From the NCBI GenBank assembly GCA_038123715.1, contig JAYPAN010000004.1, positions 4,744 through 68,743 on the forward strand: DNA of 64,000 nucleotides, given 5' to 3'. A program made the position numbers and the translations under genes. The DNA is from Rhodobiaceae bacterium (GTDB taxonomy: Bacteria > Pseudomonadota > Alphaproteobacteria > RS24). Position 1 is the first letter of the stretch; each line of letters begins with the position of its first letter. The notes under the pieces are model-generated. The model made no database searches and was not told where the DNA came from. It saw nothing but the letters and a program-made list of their open reading frames with translations. Below are positions 37,604 to 48,519 of the stretch, in pieces.

Positions 37604-37612
37604 TTATCCTCT
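37604..37612 (+). promoter_or_regulatory. DnaA-box-like 9-mer TTATCCTCT
   Basis: Two mismatches to TTATCCACA. Confidence 0.4.
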
Positions 37613-37621
37613 CTATTCACA

Positions 37622-37630
37622 TAATCCCCA
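37622..37630 (+). promoter_or_regulatory. DnaA-box-like 9-mer TAATCCCCA
   Basis: Same 9-mer as 37288-37296 in the opposite orientation. Confidence 0.5.
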
Positions 37631-37651
37631 GCCAATGGATGCAATCGGCGC

Positions 37652-38488
37652 GTGAGCAAAAGATATTTCCACCTTCATCTGATATCGGACAGCACTGGCG
37701 AAACCATTGCCGCCGTGGCGCGCGCCGTATGCGCGCAATTTACCGGCACTCAAAGCATTGAACATGCCTATGGTTTGGTGCGCGGGCGCAAGGCTCTTTT
37801 GCGGGCGCTGGAAGCGATTGAAGAAAATCCGGGGCCGGTTATGTATTCAATCCTCGATGCTGATTTGCGCGAGGAATTGCAACGCAAATGCGCGCTCATC
37901 AACATACCCTGCATGGCCGTGCTGGAGCCGTTTGTGGCAACGATGAGTGCTTATCTGAATGTTGAGGTCAGCGGCAAGCCGGGCAGCCAGCACACTTTGG
38001 ACACAGATTATTTCCAGCGTATTGCGGCGCTTAATTACACGATTCAGCATGATGACGGGCAGAGCCAGAATGATTTGAATGAGGCGGATGTCATTCTTAC
38101 CGGTGTTAGCCGAACCTCAAAAACGCCGACCTGCATGTATCTGGCAAATCGCGGGCTTAAAGCGGCCAATGTGCCGCTTGTGCCGGGTATTGACCCGCCG
38201 GAGGAATTGCTGACCGCAACAAGGCCATTGATTGTTGGCCTGACGACAAGTCCGGAGCGCCTGTTGCAAATCCGCAAAAATCGGCTTTTGTCGCTGAACG
38301 AAGATAATGACACGGAATATATTGACCCGGAGCAGATAAAAAGCGAGACAACCGAAGCACGCCGCCTGTTCGCCCGACAAAAATGGCCGATTATTGATGT
38401 CACGCGCCGGTCGATTGAGGAAACCGCCAGCGCGATTTTGAACCTTTATCAGGCGCATGATCCGGACAAGCCGAATGATGCCATATAG
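37652..38488 (+). CDS. pyruvate,phosphate dikinase / PEP synthetase regulatory kinase-pyrophosphorylase (DUF299)
   Basis: GTG start, HLHLISDSTGET and GVSRTSKTP (P-loop) motifs. Confidence 0.9.
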   Translation: MSKRYFHLHLISDSTGETIAAVARAVCAQFTGTQSIEHAYGLVRGRKALLRALEAIEENPGPVMYSILDADLREELQRKCALINIPCMAVLEPFVATMSAYLNVEVSGKPGSQHTLDTDYFQRIAALNYTIQHDDGQSQNDLNEADVILTGVSRTSKTPTCMYLANRGLKAANVPLVPGIDPPEELLTATRPLIVGLTTSPERLLQIRKNRLLSLNEDNDTEYIDPEQIKSETTEARRLFARQKWPIIDVTRRSIEETASAILNLYQAHDPDKPNDAI

Positions 38489-38542
38489 AATTATGACCGA
38501 ACAGCCTGCAAAGGACGGGGAATGGCACGGCAAATAACCGAT

Positions 38543-39157
38543 ATGTCGCAAAAGCTGGTTTTGGCGTCGGGCAGCGCGGTGCGCGCCTCGCTTCTGCGTG
38601 GAGCCGGTTTGGCTTTCGAGATTACTGTATCCGGCGTTGATGAATCAGCGATTAAAGCAGCCTATCAAGAACACAAACCCGATAGCGGCACTTATGACGG
38701 CTTGGCGCTGACGCTGGCCGAGGCCAAGGCGCAAGCTGTGGTCGCAAATGTTGATGCGGCGGCGCTGGTGATAGGGGCTGACCAGCTTCTTGTGCTGGAT
38801 GACAAAGTTTTCGACAAGCCGCGCGACCGCGACGAGGCCAAGCATAATCTGATGTTGTTTCAAGGGCGCAGCCATTGTCTTGTTGGCGGTGTGGTTCTGG
38901 TTCAGAGCGGGCAAACCCTGTGGCAGCATTGTGAAACTGTGACATTGAAAATGCGCGCGCTATCGGAGGCGTTTATTGATGCCTATTTGGACGCGGCTGG
39001 CGATGAGGTTTTGAAATCGGTCGGCGCTTATCAGCTAGAGGGGCTGGGCGCGCATTTATTTGAAGCGATTGAGGGCGATTATTTCTCAATCCTTGGTTTG
39101 CCGCTTTTGCCGCTTATGGCGGCTTTGCGCGCGCATGGCGGGCTGCACCATGTCTGA
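38543..39157 (+). CDS. maf: Maf-like nucleoside triphosphate pyrophosphatase
   Basis: LVLASGSAVRASLL and GADQ motifs; about 204 aa. Confidence 0.88.
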   Translation: MSQKLVLASGSAVRASLLRGAGLAFEITVSGVDESAIKAAYQEHKPDSGTYDGLALTLAEAKAQAVVANVDAAALVIGADQLLVLDDKVFDKPRDRDEAKHNLMLFQGRSHCLVGGVVLVQSGQTLWQHCETVTLKMRALSEAFIDAYLDAAGDEVLKSVGAYQLEGLGAHLFEAIEGDYFSILGLPLLPLMAALRAHGGLHHV

Positions 39158-39998
39158 GCCGAAGCTGACGCCGCGCTATGGCATTATTGGCTGGCCGGTT
39201 GCCCATTCGCGCTCGCCGCTGATTCACAAGCACTGGTTGGCCGCGCAGGGCGACAAGGCGGTCTATGAAACCGTGCCGATTGACCCACAGCTTGATTTTC
39301 GCGCCGCGCTTGAAGACATGGCGCAAAATGGCTTTGCCGGTGCGAATGTCACCATACCGCATAAAGAAAACGCTTTTGCTGCTATGGACACTCTGTCGGA
39401 GACAGCGCAGCGGCTCGGTGCGGTAAATACGATAAGCTTCGCCAAGGGTCGATTAAGCGGCCACAACACAGATGGCGGCGGCTTTGTTGCCGGGCTGGAC
39501 GCGGGTGGCACGGATTGGCGACACCGGCCAGTGGCCTTGGTCGGTGCGGGCGGCGCGGCGCGGGCGATAGTGGCGGCATTGGCCGATGAAGGCGCGCGTG
39601 ATATCAGGCTGTGCAATCGCAATCGCGCGCGCGCCGAAAGCCTTGTCGCTTTGGCCGGCACAGGCGGGCGGGTCACAATCTATGATTGGGCGGCGCGCCA
39701 AGACATGCTGGCCGGTGCCGGTCTTTTGGTCAACACGACCAGCCTTGGCATGAAAGGCCAACCGGCTTTGGACATTAACCTTGACGGGCTTGCCGCGTCG
39801 GCCTTGGTCAGTGATATTGTTTACACACCATTGGAAACGCCTTTGCTGGCGGCGGCGCGGCAAAACGGGCTGCGCGCGGTTGACGGGTTGGGCATGCTTT
39901 TGCACCAAGCGGCTTTGGCGTTTGAAGTCTGGTTCGGCACGCGCCCGGAAGTAACACAAGCCTTGCGCCAATTGGTGCTGGCCGATTTGGAGGAATAG
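39150..39998 (+). CDS. aroE: shikimate dehydrogenase
   Basis: GIIGWPVAHSRSPLIHKHW, NVTIPHK and GAGGAARA motifs. Overlaps the maf end by 8 nt. Confidence 0.92.
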   Translation: MSEPKLTPRYGIIGWPVAHSRSPLIHKHWLAAQGDKAVYETVPIDPQLDFRAALEDMAQNGFAGANVTIPHKENAFAAMDTLSETAQRLGAVNTISFAKGRLSGHNTDGGGFVAGLDAGGTDWRHRPVALVGAGGAARAIVAALADEGARDIRLCNRNRARAESLVALAGTGGRVTIYDWAARQDMLAGAGLLVNTTSLGMKGQPALDINLDGLAASALVSDIVYTPLETPLLAAARQNGLRAVDGLGMLLHQAALAFEVWFGTRPEVTQALRQLVLADLEE

Positions 39999-40000
39999 CC

Positions 40001-40654
40001 ATGTATCTGATAGGGCTGACAGGGTCAATCGGCATGGGCAAAACATTGACGGCCAGCCTGTTTGAGGCGGCCGGTGTGCCGCGCTATGACGCTGATGCCG
40101 CCATTCACGCGCTGTATGCGCCGGGCGGTGATGCTGTTGCGCCAATTGCTGAATTATTTCCCGACGCGATTGTTGATGGCGCGGTGGACAGGGGGATTCT
40201 TGGTCAATTGGTGCTGAAAGATGCCGACAAGTTGAAGCAATTGGAGGCGCTGGTGCATCCGCTGGCCGGCGCGTCGCAAATGGCTTTTCTGTCGCGTCAT
40301 GCCGAAGCCGGTGCGCCAATGGCGCTGCTCGACATTCCCTTGCTTTATGAAACCGGCGGCGATGGTTTTGTTGATTGTGTGGTGGTGGTCAGTGCGCCTT
40401 ATGAAGTGCAGCGCGCTCGTGTGCTGGCGCGTCCCGGCATGAGCGAGGAAAAGTTTCTCGATATTTTGGGCAAGCAAGTGCCGGATGCCGAAAAGCGCCG
40501 CCGCGCCGACTTTATTGTGGACAGTTCGGTTTCGGTAGAAGACGCGCGCCGCCAGATTCATGATATTCTTGCTGCTCTGGAAGGGCGCGAAGGCACGGCG
40601 CTGGACGCCCGCCGCCAGAGATATGAGCAACGCGAAGCCGAGCGTGGCGCGTGA
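40001..40654 (+). CDS. coaE: dephospho-CoA kinase
   Basis: [13 protein letters not shown]-loop at the N-terminus. Confidence 0.92.
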   Translation: MYLIGLTGSIGMGKTLTASLFEAAGVPRYDADAAIHALYAPGGDAVAPIAELFPDAIVDGAVDRGILGQLVLKDADKLKQLEALVHPLAGASQMAFLSRHAEAGAPMALLDIPLLYETGGDGFVDCVVVVSAPYEVQRARVLARPGMSEEKFLDILGKQVPDAEKRRRADFIVDSSVSVEDARRQIHDILAALEGREGTALDARRQRYEQREAERGA

Positions 40655-40706
40655 CAGAGAGCCACAGGTAGACCAACGAAGGCAGACCAGCGAAGATAGG
40701 CCGACC

Positions 40707-41468
40707 ATGCGTGAAATTGTCCTTGATACTGAAACCACCGGTCTTGACCCGACCACAGGCGACCGGATTGTCGAGATAGGGTGTCTCGAACTGGTCAATC
40801 GCTTACCGACCGGCGAGACCTATCATGTTTATATCAATCCGGAGCGTGATATGCCGCCGCAAGCCGAGCAAGTGCATGGCTTGTCCGAGGCGTTTTTGCG
40901 CGACAAGCCGCTTTTCGCCGACATTGTGGCGGGGTTTTTGCAATTTATCGGCAATGATGCGCTGGTCATTCACAATGCCGATTTTGACATGAAGTTTCTC
41001 AATGCCGAGCTGGCGCTGCTCGGCCAGAATAAACTGCCCAACCCGGTGGTGGATACGCTGGCTATGGCACGCAAGCGCTTTCCCGGCTCACCCGCCAGCC
41101 TTGACGCGCTGTGCCGCCGTTTCGGGGTCGATAATTCAAATCGCGATTTGCACGGCGCGCTGATTGATTCCGAATTACTGGCCGGTGTCTATCTGGAATT
41201 ATCCGGCGGTCGCCAGCCCGACCTCGTATTTCAGGAAGGCGTGTCAAAAGGCGCGGTCGTGCCAGCTACCAATGGAAATAATGTCGGGGGCAATAATGTC
41301 GGGGTCGCCAGCGCTGCTGATATGCGCCAGCAAAACGCGCCGCGCAAGCGCCGCCCCGCCCCGCTTGCCGCCCAAGTGAGCGACAGCGAAGCGGCGGCGC
41401 ATCGCGCCTTCATTGCCGAATTTCCGCAAACTGCGATTTGGTTAAAACGGCAGCAGGACGAGGCCTGA
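40707..41468 (+). CDS. dnaQ: DNA polymerase III epsilon subunit (3'-5' exonuclease)
   Basis: [15 protein letters not shown] (ExoI), [10 protein letters not shown] (ExoII) and [14 protein letters not shown] (ExoIII) motifs. Confidence 0.93.
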   Translation: MREIVLDTETTGLDPTTGDRIVEIGCLELVNRLPTGETYHVYINPERDMPPQAEQVHGLSEAFLRDKPLFADIVAGFLQFIGNDALVIHNADFDMKFLNAELALLGQNKLPNPVVDTLAMARKRFPGSPASLDALCRRFGVDNSNRDLHGALIDSELLAGVYLELSGGRQPDLVFQEGVSKGAVVPATNGNNVGGNNVGVASAADMRQQNAPRKRRPAPLAAQVSDSEAAAHRAFIAEFPQTAIWLKRQQDEA

Positions 41469-42080
41469 TTAGTCGGCCGGAGCCGGCTCTTGCTGGCTTG
41501 CTTCATCGGCTTTGGCCGCTTCGGCTTCGCGTGCTGCTTGGCCTTGCTGATATAGCGAGACGAAATCAATAGGATCCAACAAAATCGGCGGATAGCCGCC
41601 ATCGCGCGTTGCATCGGCAATTATACGGCGGGCGAAAGGAAACAATTGGCGCGGGCCTTCAATCAGCAAAACCGGCCCGATATTATTTTCCGGCACATTG
41701 GCCAGACGGAAAATGCCGCAATATTCCAATTCAGCAATAAACTTCGCATCTTCGCCGGATTTGGCTTCAACGCGGAATTTCAGCAGGACTTCATAATCAT
41801 TTTCAGCCAGCTTGCGCGCGCCGACATTGGCATTGACGCCGATTTCCGGCTCGCCATCGGCCAGAAAACGCGGTGCGCCCGGATTTTCAAACGATAAGTC
41901 ACGGACATATTGCGTTAAAATGGCCATGCCCGGCCCGCCATCAACATTTTGCTCACCGGCTGCTGCGGCCTCTGCTGCTCCTGCGGCTTCATTGGGTGTT
42001 TCGGTGGCCGGTGCTTCAGCCATTTCTTCAGGCTTTTCCGATATGCCGTTTTCGCCTTTGGCCTTGGATTTTTTGCTCAT
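41469..42080 (-). CDS. secB: protein-export chaperone SecB (with a ~50-aa acidic/Ala-rich N-terminal extension)
   Basis: ILTQYVRDLSFENPGAP core. AAGGAGA RBS lies 6 nt before the ATG at 42080. Confidence 0.88.
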   Translation of the reverse strand: MSKKSKAKGENGISEKPEEMAEAPATETPNEAAGAAEAAAAGEQNVDGGPGMAILTQYVRDLSFENPGAPRFLADGEPEIGVNANVGARKLAENDYEVLLKFRVEAKSGEDAKFIAELEYCGIFRLANVPENNIGPVLLIEGPRQLFPFARRIIADATRDGGYPPILLDPIDFVSLYQQGQAAREAEAAKADEASQQEPAPAD

Positions 42081-42263
42081 TGTTTTTCTCCTTCATCTGG
42101 ATTGAGCCGGACAGGTCACGCCCGTCTGGCAGAGGCATAGCAAACTTGCCGATTGAGTGCAATCTCAACATGCTGGCTCAACCTGCCCGCAAGCATAGGC
42201 GCAAAATCCCAAAAAACCTAAAAACGCCGCCCTTTCCCCTTTTCTTGTCCCTATTTCTTACCC

Positions 42264-42731
42264 TTATTCCTTACCGGAAGGCGGGTCATTAACCTTATAA
42301 TCGCCCTCTATGATATTTTGCTCCGGCGACGGCTTTTGCGGGGAAACGGAACCGGCGCCGAAGCGTCCGATAATGCTCGGCAGCAAAGCCTCCAACAGGC
42401 TGGCCATTAAAAACAGCCGACCGGCAGGCCAGAGCAGAAAAAAGCCCAAAGCATCGGTCAGAAAACCCGGTGTCAGCAGCAACAGCCCGGCCAGTAAAAT
42501 CAGGACGCCATGCGCCATTTCCCCCAAGGGTGCGCCGCCGCGCGCTTGCGCGGTTTGCGCGCGGCGCAGCACATCAAGCCCTTGTCGGCGCATCATGGAC
42601 AGGCCAATCATGGCGGTGGCGAAAATCAGCAATACCGTCCAACCCGCCCCTATCGCGCCGCCTATTTCAATGAACAGGAAAATCTCGACGAGTGGCACGC
42701 CTATCAGAATAAACAGCAATAAACCGGGCAT
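42264..42731 (-). CDS. fxsA: FxsA family membrane protein
   Basis: LLFILIGVPLVEIFLFIEIGGAIG and LLLLTPGFLTDALGF motifs. Confidence 0.85.
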   Translation of the reverse strand: MPGLLLFILIGVPLVEIFLFIEIGGAIGAGWTVLLIFATAMIGLSMMRRQGLDVLRRAQTAQARGGAPLGEMAHGVLILLAGLLLLTPGFLTDALGFFLLWPAGRLFLMASLLEALLPSIIGRFGAGSVSPQKPSPEQNIIEGDYKVNDPPSGKE

Positions 42732-42906
42732 TGGCGGCTCCTTTCGCGCCCAATGTGGCATATCGCGCCCTCATGGCCGAGGGTTTTATGCACGCAAGCG
42801 GGCGTAATTATGTATCAGGGGTTGAAAAAGCCCCGCAATAGGCCAAATATGGGGTATTGAGGCGTTGCCTTAAAGACCCGGACGGCATTTTCCCTCCGGC
42901 AAAAGC

Positions 42907-43641
42907 ATGGAGCGCAGAACCATCGACCCGTTAAATCTTATACTTCTGGTGATTGTCGTGTTTATCGGCTTCAAATTACGCAGCGTTTTGGGCATGCGGA
43001 ATGATGAAGACGCGCGCCATGACCGGTCAAATGCCTATCGGCTGAACCGCGATGCGTTTTCCGGCGCGCCCAAAGACGATAATGCCAATCAGGCCAAGGA
43101 GGATAAACCGGCGACGGATAATGTCACGCCGCTTGAGCAGGCTAGACCGGAAACGGCACAAGTGTCCAGCGAGGAAGGCATGGTCGCAGGCGAGACGCCG
43201 CCGGATGGGCGCGGGCTGGCCTATTTCCGTGATTATCTGCCCGATTTCAACGAGGGCGTGTTCCTTGATGGTGCGCGCGCCGCCTATGGCATTGTGCTGG
43301 AGGCGTTTGCGGCGGGCAATTTGGAAAAGGCGGAAGTTTTTCTTGATGAGGCGGTCTATCAGGGTTTTGCCGAGGCGATTGCCGCGCGCGAAAAAGACGG
43401 GCTGGAATTGCATACGGAGATATTGCGGCTCGACCGGCCAATGATTGAAGATGCGATTTTTGAAAATGGCATTATGCGTCTGGAAGTGCGCTATCGGGCC
43501 GAAATCATTTCCTATGTGAAGGCCAAAGGGGCGGATGAGACGCCGCCTGACCCCAGCATCAGCCGCGATTTATGGACATTTGAGCGCCCGTTTGATGCGC
43601 CGGAGAATAGCTGGAAACTGGTCGCCACCAGCGCCGAATAG
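42907..43641 (+). CDS. Tim44-like domain protein
   Basis: N-terminal TM helix and a C-terminal Tim44-type domain. The secB-neighbouring position is typical of alphaproteobacteria. Confidence 0.75.
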   Translation: MERRTIDPLNLILLVIVVFIGFKLRSVLGMRNDEDARHDRSNAYRLNRDAFSGAPKDDNANQAKEDKPATDNVTPLEQARPETAQVSSEEGMVAGETPPDGRGLAYFRDYLPDFNEGVFLDGARAAYGIVLEAFAAGNLEKAEVFLDEAVYQGFAEAIAAREKDGLELHTEILRLDRPMIEDAIFENGIMRLEVRYRAEIISYVKAKGADETPPDPSISRDLWTFERPFDAPENSWKLVATSAE

Positions 43642-43654
43642 GCTTGCGGTCATC

Positions 43655-44257
43655 ATGCGCGACAAGGCAAAACCCCCTATATCTGAAAAATCGGCCAGAA
43701 CCGGTAATTTGTCGGAAGGGGATTTGGCTTTGTGGAACCGGCTGGCCGGCACGGCAACGCCTCTGCCGGAAAACCGCCGCGCTTATCATGTCGCTGCCGC
43801 ACCGACCCGAGCTGTGCCGTCCAAACCGGCGCGCGCCAGTGGCGGCAAATCAGCCGCACCGACACCGGACAGGCAGGTGAAAACAGCCACGCCAATGCGC
43901 GCTTTGTCACCGGAGGCGCGTATTGATCCGAATCTGCGCCGCCGCCTGCAAAAAAACCGCCAGCCAATAGAAGCAAGGCTCGATTTGCACGGAATGACCG
44001 CCGCCCAGGCACAAAAGCGCCTGACGCAATTTATCATGGAGGAAAGCGCCGCCGGGCATAAGTTTGTTTTGTTGGTCACCGGCAAGGGCGCGGGCGGCAA
44101 TGGTGTCTTGCGGCGATTGGTGCCGGAATGGCTGAATATGTCGCCCTTGGCACCCTATATTGTGGCCTTTGGCGCGGCGGCGGTGGTGCATGGCGGCAGC
44201 GGCGCGCTTTATGTGCATTTGCGCGCCAAGCGTGCGGGCAGCGATGGGCGCGCCTGA
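43655..44257 (+). CDS. Smr/MutS2-family domain protein
   Basis: LDLHGMTAAQAQKRL....LLVTGKG Smr signature in the C-terminal half. Confidence 0.75.
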   Translation: MRDKAKPPISEKSARTGNLSEGDLALWNRLAGTATPLPENRRAYHVAAAPTRAVPSKPARASGGKSAAPTPDRQVKTATPMRALSPEARIDPNLRRRLQKNRQPIEARLDLHGMTAAQAQKRLTQFIMEESAAGHKFVLLVTGKGAGGNGVLRRLVPEWLNMSPLAPYIVAFGAAAVVHGGSGALYVHLRAKRAGSDGRA

Positions 44258-44375
44258 CGCAATGGGCGTTGAGCCAATTATTCGCTTTGATAAAGCCGGT
44301 CGGGTTTGCTAAAACAGGCGCACTGTTGGCAGTTCGGTGGCTATGCGCCCCGGCGGACTGAAGGATTTTAGTTTC

Positions 44376-44975
44376 ATGAGCGGACGCACAGCGCAAAAAT
44401 CGCGCGACACCAAGGAAACGCAAGTTTCCGTCTCGGTCAATCTCGACGGCACTGGCGATTATCAGGTGAACACCGGAATTGGCTTTCTTGACCATATGCT
44501 TGAGCAATTGTCGCGTCACTCGCTGATTGACCTGAAAGTTGAGGCCAAGGGCGATTTGCACATTGATTTCCACCACACCACCGAAGATACCGGCATTGTG
44601 ATTGGTGAGGCGGTGCGTGAGGCTTTGGGCGATTTCAAAGGGCTGACCCGCTATGGCAGCGCCACCATCCCAATGGATGAAACCTGCACGCGCGTTTCGC
44701 TGGATGTGTCGCAACGCCCCTATCTGATTTGGCGGGTCAATCTGTCTAAGCCGAAACTGGGCGACATGGACACGGAATTGTTCAAGGAATGGTTTCAGGC
44801 CTTCGCGCAGGCAGCGGGCATTACACTGCATGTCGAAAATCTTTATGGCGAGAATAATCACCATATTGTCGAGAGCTGTTATAAGGGGCTGGCGCGGGCG
44901 TTGCGCCAAGCCATTGAAATTGACCCGCGCAAGGCCGATGCCGTGCCATCCACAAAAGGCGTGCTGGGCAGTTAA
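44376..44975 (+). CDS. hisB: imidazoleglycerol-phosphate dehydratase
   Basis: [17 protein letters not shown] and HHIVES motifs. Confidence 0.95.
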   Translation: MSGRTAQKSRDTKETQVSVSVNLDGTGDYQVNTGIGFLDHMLEQLSRHSLIDLKVEAKGDLHIDFHHTTEDTGIVIGEAVREALGDFKGLTRYGSATIPMDETCTRVSLDVSQRPYLIWRVNLSKPKLGDMDTELFKEWFQAFAQAAGITLHVENLYGENNHHIVESCYKGLARALRQAIEIDPRKADAVPSTKGVLGS

Positions 44976-44992
44976 GCTGACGGATAGGGCAG

Positions 44993-45628
44993 TTGAGCAT
45001 TGCATTGATTGATTATGGCTCGGGCAATCTGCGCTCGGCGGAAAAGGCTTTTGCCAAAATGGCGGGCATGGCCAAATCGCCGCGCGCCGTGTCTGTCACT
45101 GCCGACCCCGATATGGTCGCGCGCGCCGCGCATATTGTCTTGCCCGGCGTTGGTGCATTCGGCGATTGCGCGGCAGGCCTGCGCGCCATTGACGGCATGA
45201 CGGAAGCCCTGCAAACCCGCATCTGTGAACAGGGTTATCCGTTTCTCGGCATATGTGTTGGCATGCAATTGACTTGCGCCACCGGGCTTGAGCGCGGCAC
45301 GCATGACGGGCTGGGCTGGATTGGCGGCACGGTCGAGGCATTGGCTGTGCCGGATGGGTTGAAAGTGCCGCATATGGGCTGGAATGAGCTGGCCGTGGCG
45401 CAGCCGCATCCGGTTTTTGACGGGCTGGATGGCGCGCATGCCTATTTTGTGCATGGCTATGCCGCCCGCCCCGATGACAGGCAGCATATTGCCGCGACCA
45501 CTGATTATGGCGGCGATATTGTCGCCGCATTGGCGCGCGATAATATATGCGGCACGCAATTTCACCCCGAAAAAAGCCAGCAAACGGGCTTGCGGCTGAT
45601 TGCCAATTTTCTGGATTGGACACCATGA
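44993..45628 (+). CDS. hisH: imidazole glycerol phosphate synthase, glutamine amidotransferase subunit
   Basis: TTG start, [21 protein letters not shown] (catalytic Cys) and FHPEKS motifs. Confidence 0.95.
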   Translation: MSIALIDYGSGNLRSAEKAFAKMAGMAKSPRAVSVTADPDMVARAAHIVLPGVGAFGDCAAGLRAIDGMTEALQTRICEQGYPFLGICVGMQLTCATGLERGTHDGLGWIGGTVEALAVPDGLKVPHMGWNELAVAQPHPVFDGLDGAHAYFVHGYAARPDDRQHIAATTDYGGDIVAALARDNICGTQFHPEKSQQTGLRLIANFLDWTP

Positions 45629-46353
45629 TTTTATTTCCCGCCATTGATTTGAAAGACGGCCAATGCGTGCGCCTGCAACAGGGCGACATGGGGCGCGCCA
45701 CTGTGTTCCATGACAATCCGGCTGAGCAGGCGGCGGCATTCGCCGCGCAGGGCTTTTCGCATTTGCATATTGTCGATTTGGATGGTGCTTTTGCCGGAGC
45801 GCCGGTCAATCGCGCGGCGGTTGAGGCGATATTGGCGGCCAGCCCGGCGCAAACCCAGCTTGGCGGCGGCATCAGGGATATGGCGACTATTGCAGCCTGG
45901 CTGGAGGCTGGTATCGGGCGGGTGATTTTGGGAACCGCTGCTGTGCGCGACCCGCAATTGGTCATGGATGCTTGCCGCGCCTTTGCCGGACAGGTCGCTG
46001 TCGGCATTGATGCGCGCGCCGGGCGTGTCGCGGTTGAGGGGTGGGCGGAGACCGGCGAAATTACGGCGGTTGATTTGGCGCGTCGCTTTGAAGATGTCGG
46101 CGTGGCCTGCTTGATTTATACCGATATTGACCGCGACGGCATGTTGCAGGGGGTCAATGTGGCAGCAACCGCCGCATTGGCGCAGGCGGTGACGATACCG
46201 GTGATTGCCTCTGGCGGCTTGGCCGGTATTGAAGATGTCAAAGCCCTGTTGCCGCATGAAGGCGATGGCGTGATTGGCGCGATTTCGGGTCGCGCCCTCT
46301 ATGATGGCCGTCTTGACGCCGCCGAAGTGTTGGCACTGGACGGGGTGGCATAA
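45625..46353 (+). CDS. hisA: 1-(5-phosphoribosyl)-5-[(5-phosphoribosylamino)methylideneamino]imidazole-4-carboxamide isomerase
   Basis: [20 protein letters not shown] overlap with hisH. Confidence 0.95.
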   Translation: MILFPAIDLKDGQCVRLQQGDMGRATVFHDNPAEQAAAFAAQGFSHLHIVDLDGAFAGAPVNRAAVEAILAASPAQTQLGGGIRDMATIAAWLEAGIGRVILGTAAVRDPQLVMDACRAFAGQVAVGIDARAGRVAVEGWAETGEITAVDLARRFEDVGVACLIYTDIDRDGMLQGVNVAATAALAQAVTIPVIASGGLAGIEDVKALLPHEGDGVIGAISGRALYDGRLDAAEVLALDGVA

Positions 46354-47120
46354 TGCTAAAAGTGCGCGTGATACCCTGTCTCGATGTGCATGAAGGGCGC
46401 GTTGTGAAGGGCGTCAATTTTGTTGATTTGGTCGATGCCGGTGACCCGGTCGCCGCCGCCCAAGCCTATGATGCGGCCGGTGCGGATGAACTATGCTTTC
46501 TTGATATTTCCGCCTCGCATGAAAACCGCGCCACGCTGATTGATGTGGTGCGCGCCACGGCTGAGCAATGTTTCATGCCGTTGACCGTGGGCGGCGGTGT
46601 GCGAACACCGGATGATGTGCGTAATTTGCTGCTGGCCGGTGCTGATAAAGTCTCGTTTAACACGGCGGCGGTTAATAATCCCGATGTGGTCGCGCAAGCC
46701 TCGCACAAGTTTGGCGCGCAATGCATTGTGGTGGCGATGGATGCCAAGCAGGTCGACACTGACCGCTGGGAGATTTTTACCCATGGCGGGCGCGAGGCCA
46801 CCGGCATTGAGGCCGTTGGTTTTGCGCGGCAAATGGCTGAATATGGCGCCGGTGAGATTTTGCTGACCTCTATGGATCGCGACGGCACCAAGGCCGGTTA
46901 TGATTTGGCCTTGACGCGGGCTATTGCCGATGCCGTGCCGGTGCCGGTGATTGCGTCAGGCGGGGTCGGCAATTTGGCGCATTTGATTGACGGCGTGCGC
47001 GAAGGTCATGCCAGCGCTGTGCTGGCTGCCTCAATTTTCCATTTCGGCACTTATTCCATCGCTGAGGCCAAACAGGCCATGGCCGAGGCCGGCCTGGCAA
47101 TCCGCTTGGGCGCGCCTTGA
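46353..47120 (+). CDS. hisF: imidazole glycerol phosphate synthase, cyclase subunit
   Basis: [14 protein letters not shown] and SGGVG motifs. TAATG overlap with hisA. Confidence 0.96.
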   Translation: MLKVRVIPCLDVHEGRVVKGVNFVDLVDAGDPVAAAQAYDAAGADELCFLDISASHENRATLIDVVRATAEQCFMPLTVGGGVRTPDDVRNLLLAGADKVSFNTAAVNNPDVVAQASHKFGAQCIVVAMDAKQVDTDRWEIFTHGGREATGIEAVGFARQMAEYGAGEILLTSMDRDGTKAGYDLALTRAIADAVPVPVIASGGVGNLAHLIDGVREGHASAVLAASIFHFGTYSIAEAKQAMAEAGLAIRLGAP

Positions 47121-47230
47121 TGGGCTTGGTGCGGGAAAACAGGCGGCGCATAAACGGGCTTGGATTGGCATGTGCTTTCTGATAGAGCAGGGGCAGGTTA
47201 GGATGACAGCACCTTGGGGGAGAGGTCACA

Positions 47231-47563
47231 GTGACATCTGAACAATTAGACAAGCTGTTTGCTGAGATTGAAAAGCGCCGCAGCGCTGCGCCCGATAGCA
47301 GCTATTCCGCACAATTATTGGCCGATTTGCCCCGCGCCACCCGCAAGCTGGGTGAGGAGGCGGTGGAAACCATTATCGCCGCCTTGCAACAGGATGACGC
47401 GGCATTGACCGCCGAAGCGGCTGATTTGCTTTATCATTTGCTGGTCGTGCTGGCCGCGCGCAATATCCCGCTGGGCGATGTCATGCAGGTCTTGGCCGCG
47501 CGCGAGGGTGTTTCCGGCTTGGCCGAAAAGGCGGCGCGCCAACAGCAGGGCGATAATGACTGA
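47231..47563 (+). CDS. hisE: phosphoribosyl-ATP pyrophosphatase
   Basis: GTG start, KLGEEAVE and [11 protein letters not shown] motifs. Confidence 0.9.
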   Translation: MTSEQLDKLFAEIEKRRSAAPDSSYSAQLLADLPRATRKLGEEAVETIIAALQQDDAALTAEAADLLYHLLVVLAARNIPLGDVMQVLAAREGVSGLAEKAARQQQGDND

Positions 47564-48506
47564 ACAGAATTCAAAAACCCTGTCGCCCTATCGCTCCTTC
47601 ACCGCCGAGGAATGGTCGCGCTTGCGCCAAGACACGGAAATGACCCTGACCGAGCAGGAATTGGAAAAACTGCGCGGACTTGGCGAGACCGTATCGCTGA
47701 AGGAAGTGGAAGAGATTTACCTGCCATTGTCGCGCCTTTTGAACCTGTATGTTGAAGGCACGCAAAATCTGCATGGTGTCACCAATCAGTTTTTGGGCAG
47801 CGAAACAAAAGTCCCCTTTATTATTGGCGTGGCCGGCTCGGTAGCGGTGGGCAAAAGCACGACATCGCGTATTTTGCGCGAATTGCTGGCGCGCTGGCCG
47901 TCGCATCCGCAGGTGCAATTGCTGACAACAGATGGTTTTCTCTATCCCAATGCGGTGCTGGAGGAGCGCGACCTTATGCAACGCAAGGGGTTTCCCGAAA
48001 GCTTTGATTTACGCAAATTGCTCGGCTTTCTGTCCAAGGTCAAATCCGGCGCGCCGGTTGCCACCGCACCGGTCTATTCGCATATCGCCTATGATATTCT
48101 GCCCGATGAGCAGGTCAGTGTCGCCCAGCCCGATATTTTAATTGTTGAGGGGCTGAATGTGCTGCAACCGGCTATTATGGCCGAGGCCGATAATGAGATA
48201 CCCTTTGTCTCTGATTATTTCGATTTCTCAATTTATATTGATGCCGAGGCGGACATCATCCAACGCTGGTATGTTGAGCGTTTTATGTCCTTGCGCGAAA
48301 CCGCCTTCCGCCAGCCCGGCGCTTATTTCAAGCGCTATGCCGATTTAAGCGATGAGCAAGCGGAACAAACCGCCATTGATATTTGGACGCGCATCAATCT
48401 GGCCAATTTGTCGGAAAACATTCTGCCGACACGCGGGCGCGCCGACCTTATTTTGCACAAAAGCACAGATCATGCGATTGACCGCGTGATGCTCCGCAAA
48501 ATCTGA
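47556..48506 (+). CDS. coaA: type I pantothenate kinase
   Basis: [18 protein letters not shown]-loop. Overlaps the hisE end by 8 nt. Confidence 0.93.
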   Translation: MTEQNSKTLSPYRSFTAEEWSRLRQDTEMTLTEQELEKLRGLGETVSLKEVEEIYLPLSRLLNLYVEGTQNLHGVTNQFLGSETKVPFIIGVAGSVAVGKSTTSRILRELLARWPSHPQVQLLTTDGFLYPNAVLEERDLMQRKGFPESFDLRKLLGFLSKVKSGAPVATAPVYSHIAYDILPDEQVSVAQPDILIVEGLNVLQPAIMAEADNEIPFVSDYFDFSIYIDAEADIIQRWYVERFMSLRETAFRQPGAYFKRYADLSDEQAEQTAIDIWTRINLANLSENILPTRGRADLILHKSTDHAIDRVMLRKI

Positions 48507-48519
48507 CCCAAATCTGCCG

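Larger units (their letters stand above)
37191..37651. other. chromosomal replication origin (oriC), Caulobacter-type hemE / DUF299 location
   Basis: This 461-bp gap is the longest non-coding stretch in the window. It holds an AT-rich tract, six 9-mers of the form T[TAC]ATCC[CT]C[AT] and one TTTCCACA box. It is flanked by hemE (-) and the DUF299 kinase gene (+), and gene orientation switches here. Confidence 0.75.

Noticed and set aside
37191-37651. CtrA boxes (TTAA-N7-TTAA) and GANTC methylation sites, as expected in a Caulobacter-like origin.
   Set aside because: I see only imperfect candidates (TTAATATTGGGAATA, TTAATAAATCGCGCA) and no GANTC in the gap. I do not claim CtrA or CcrM control.
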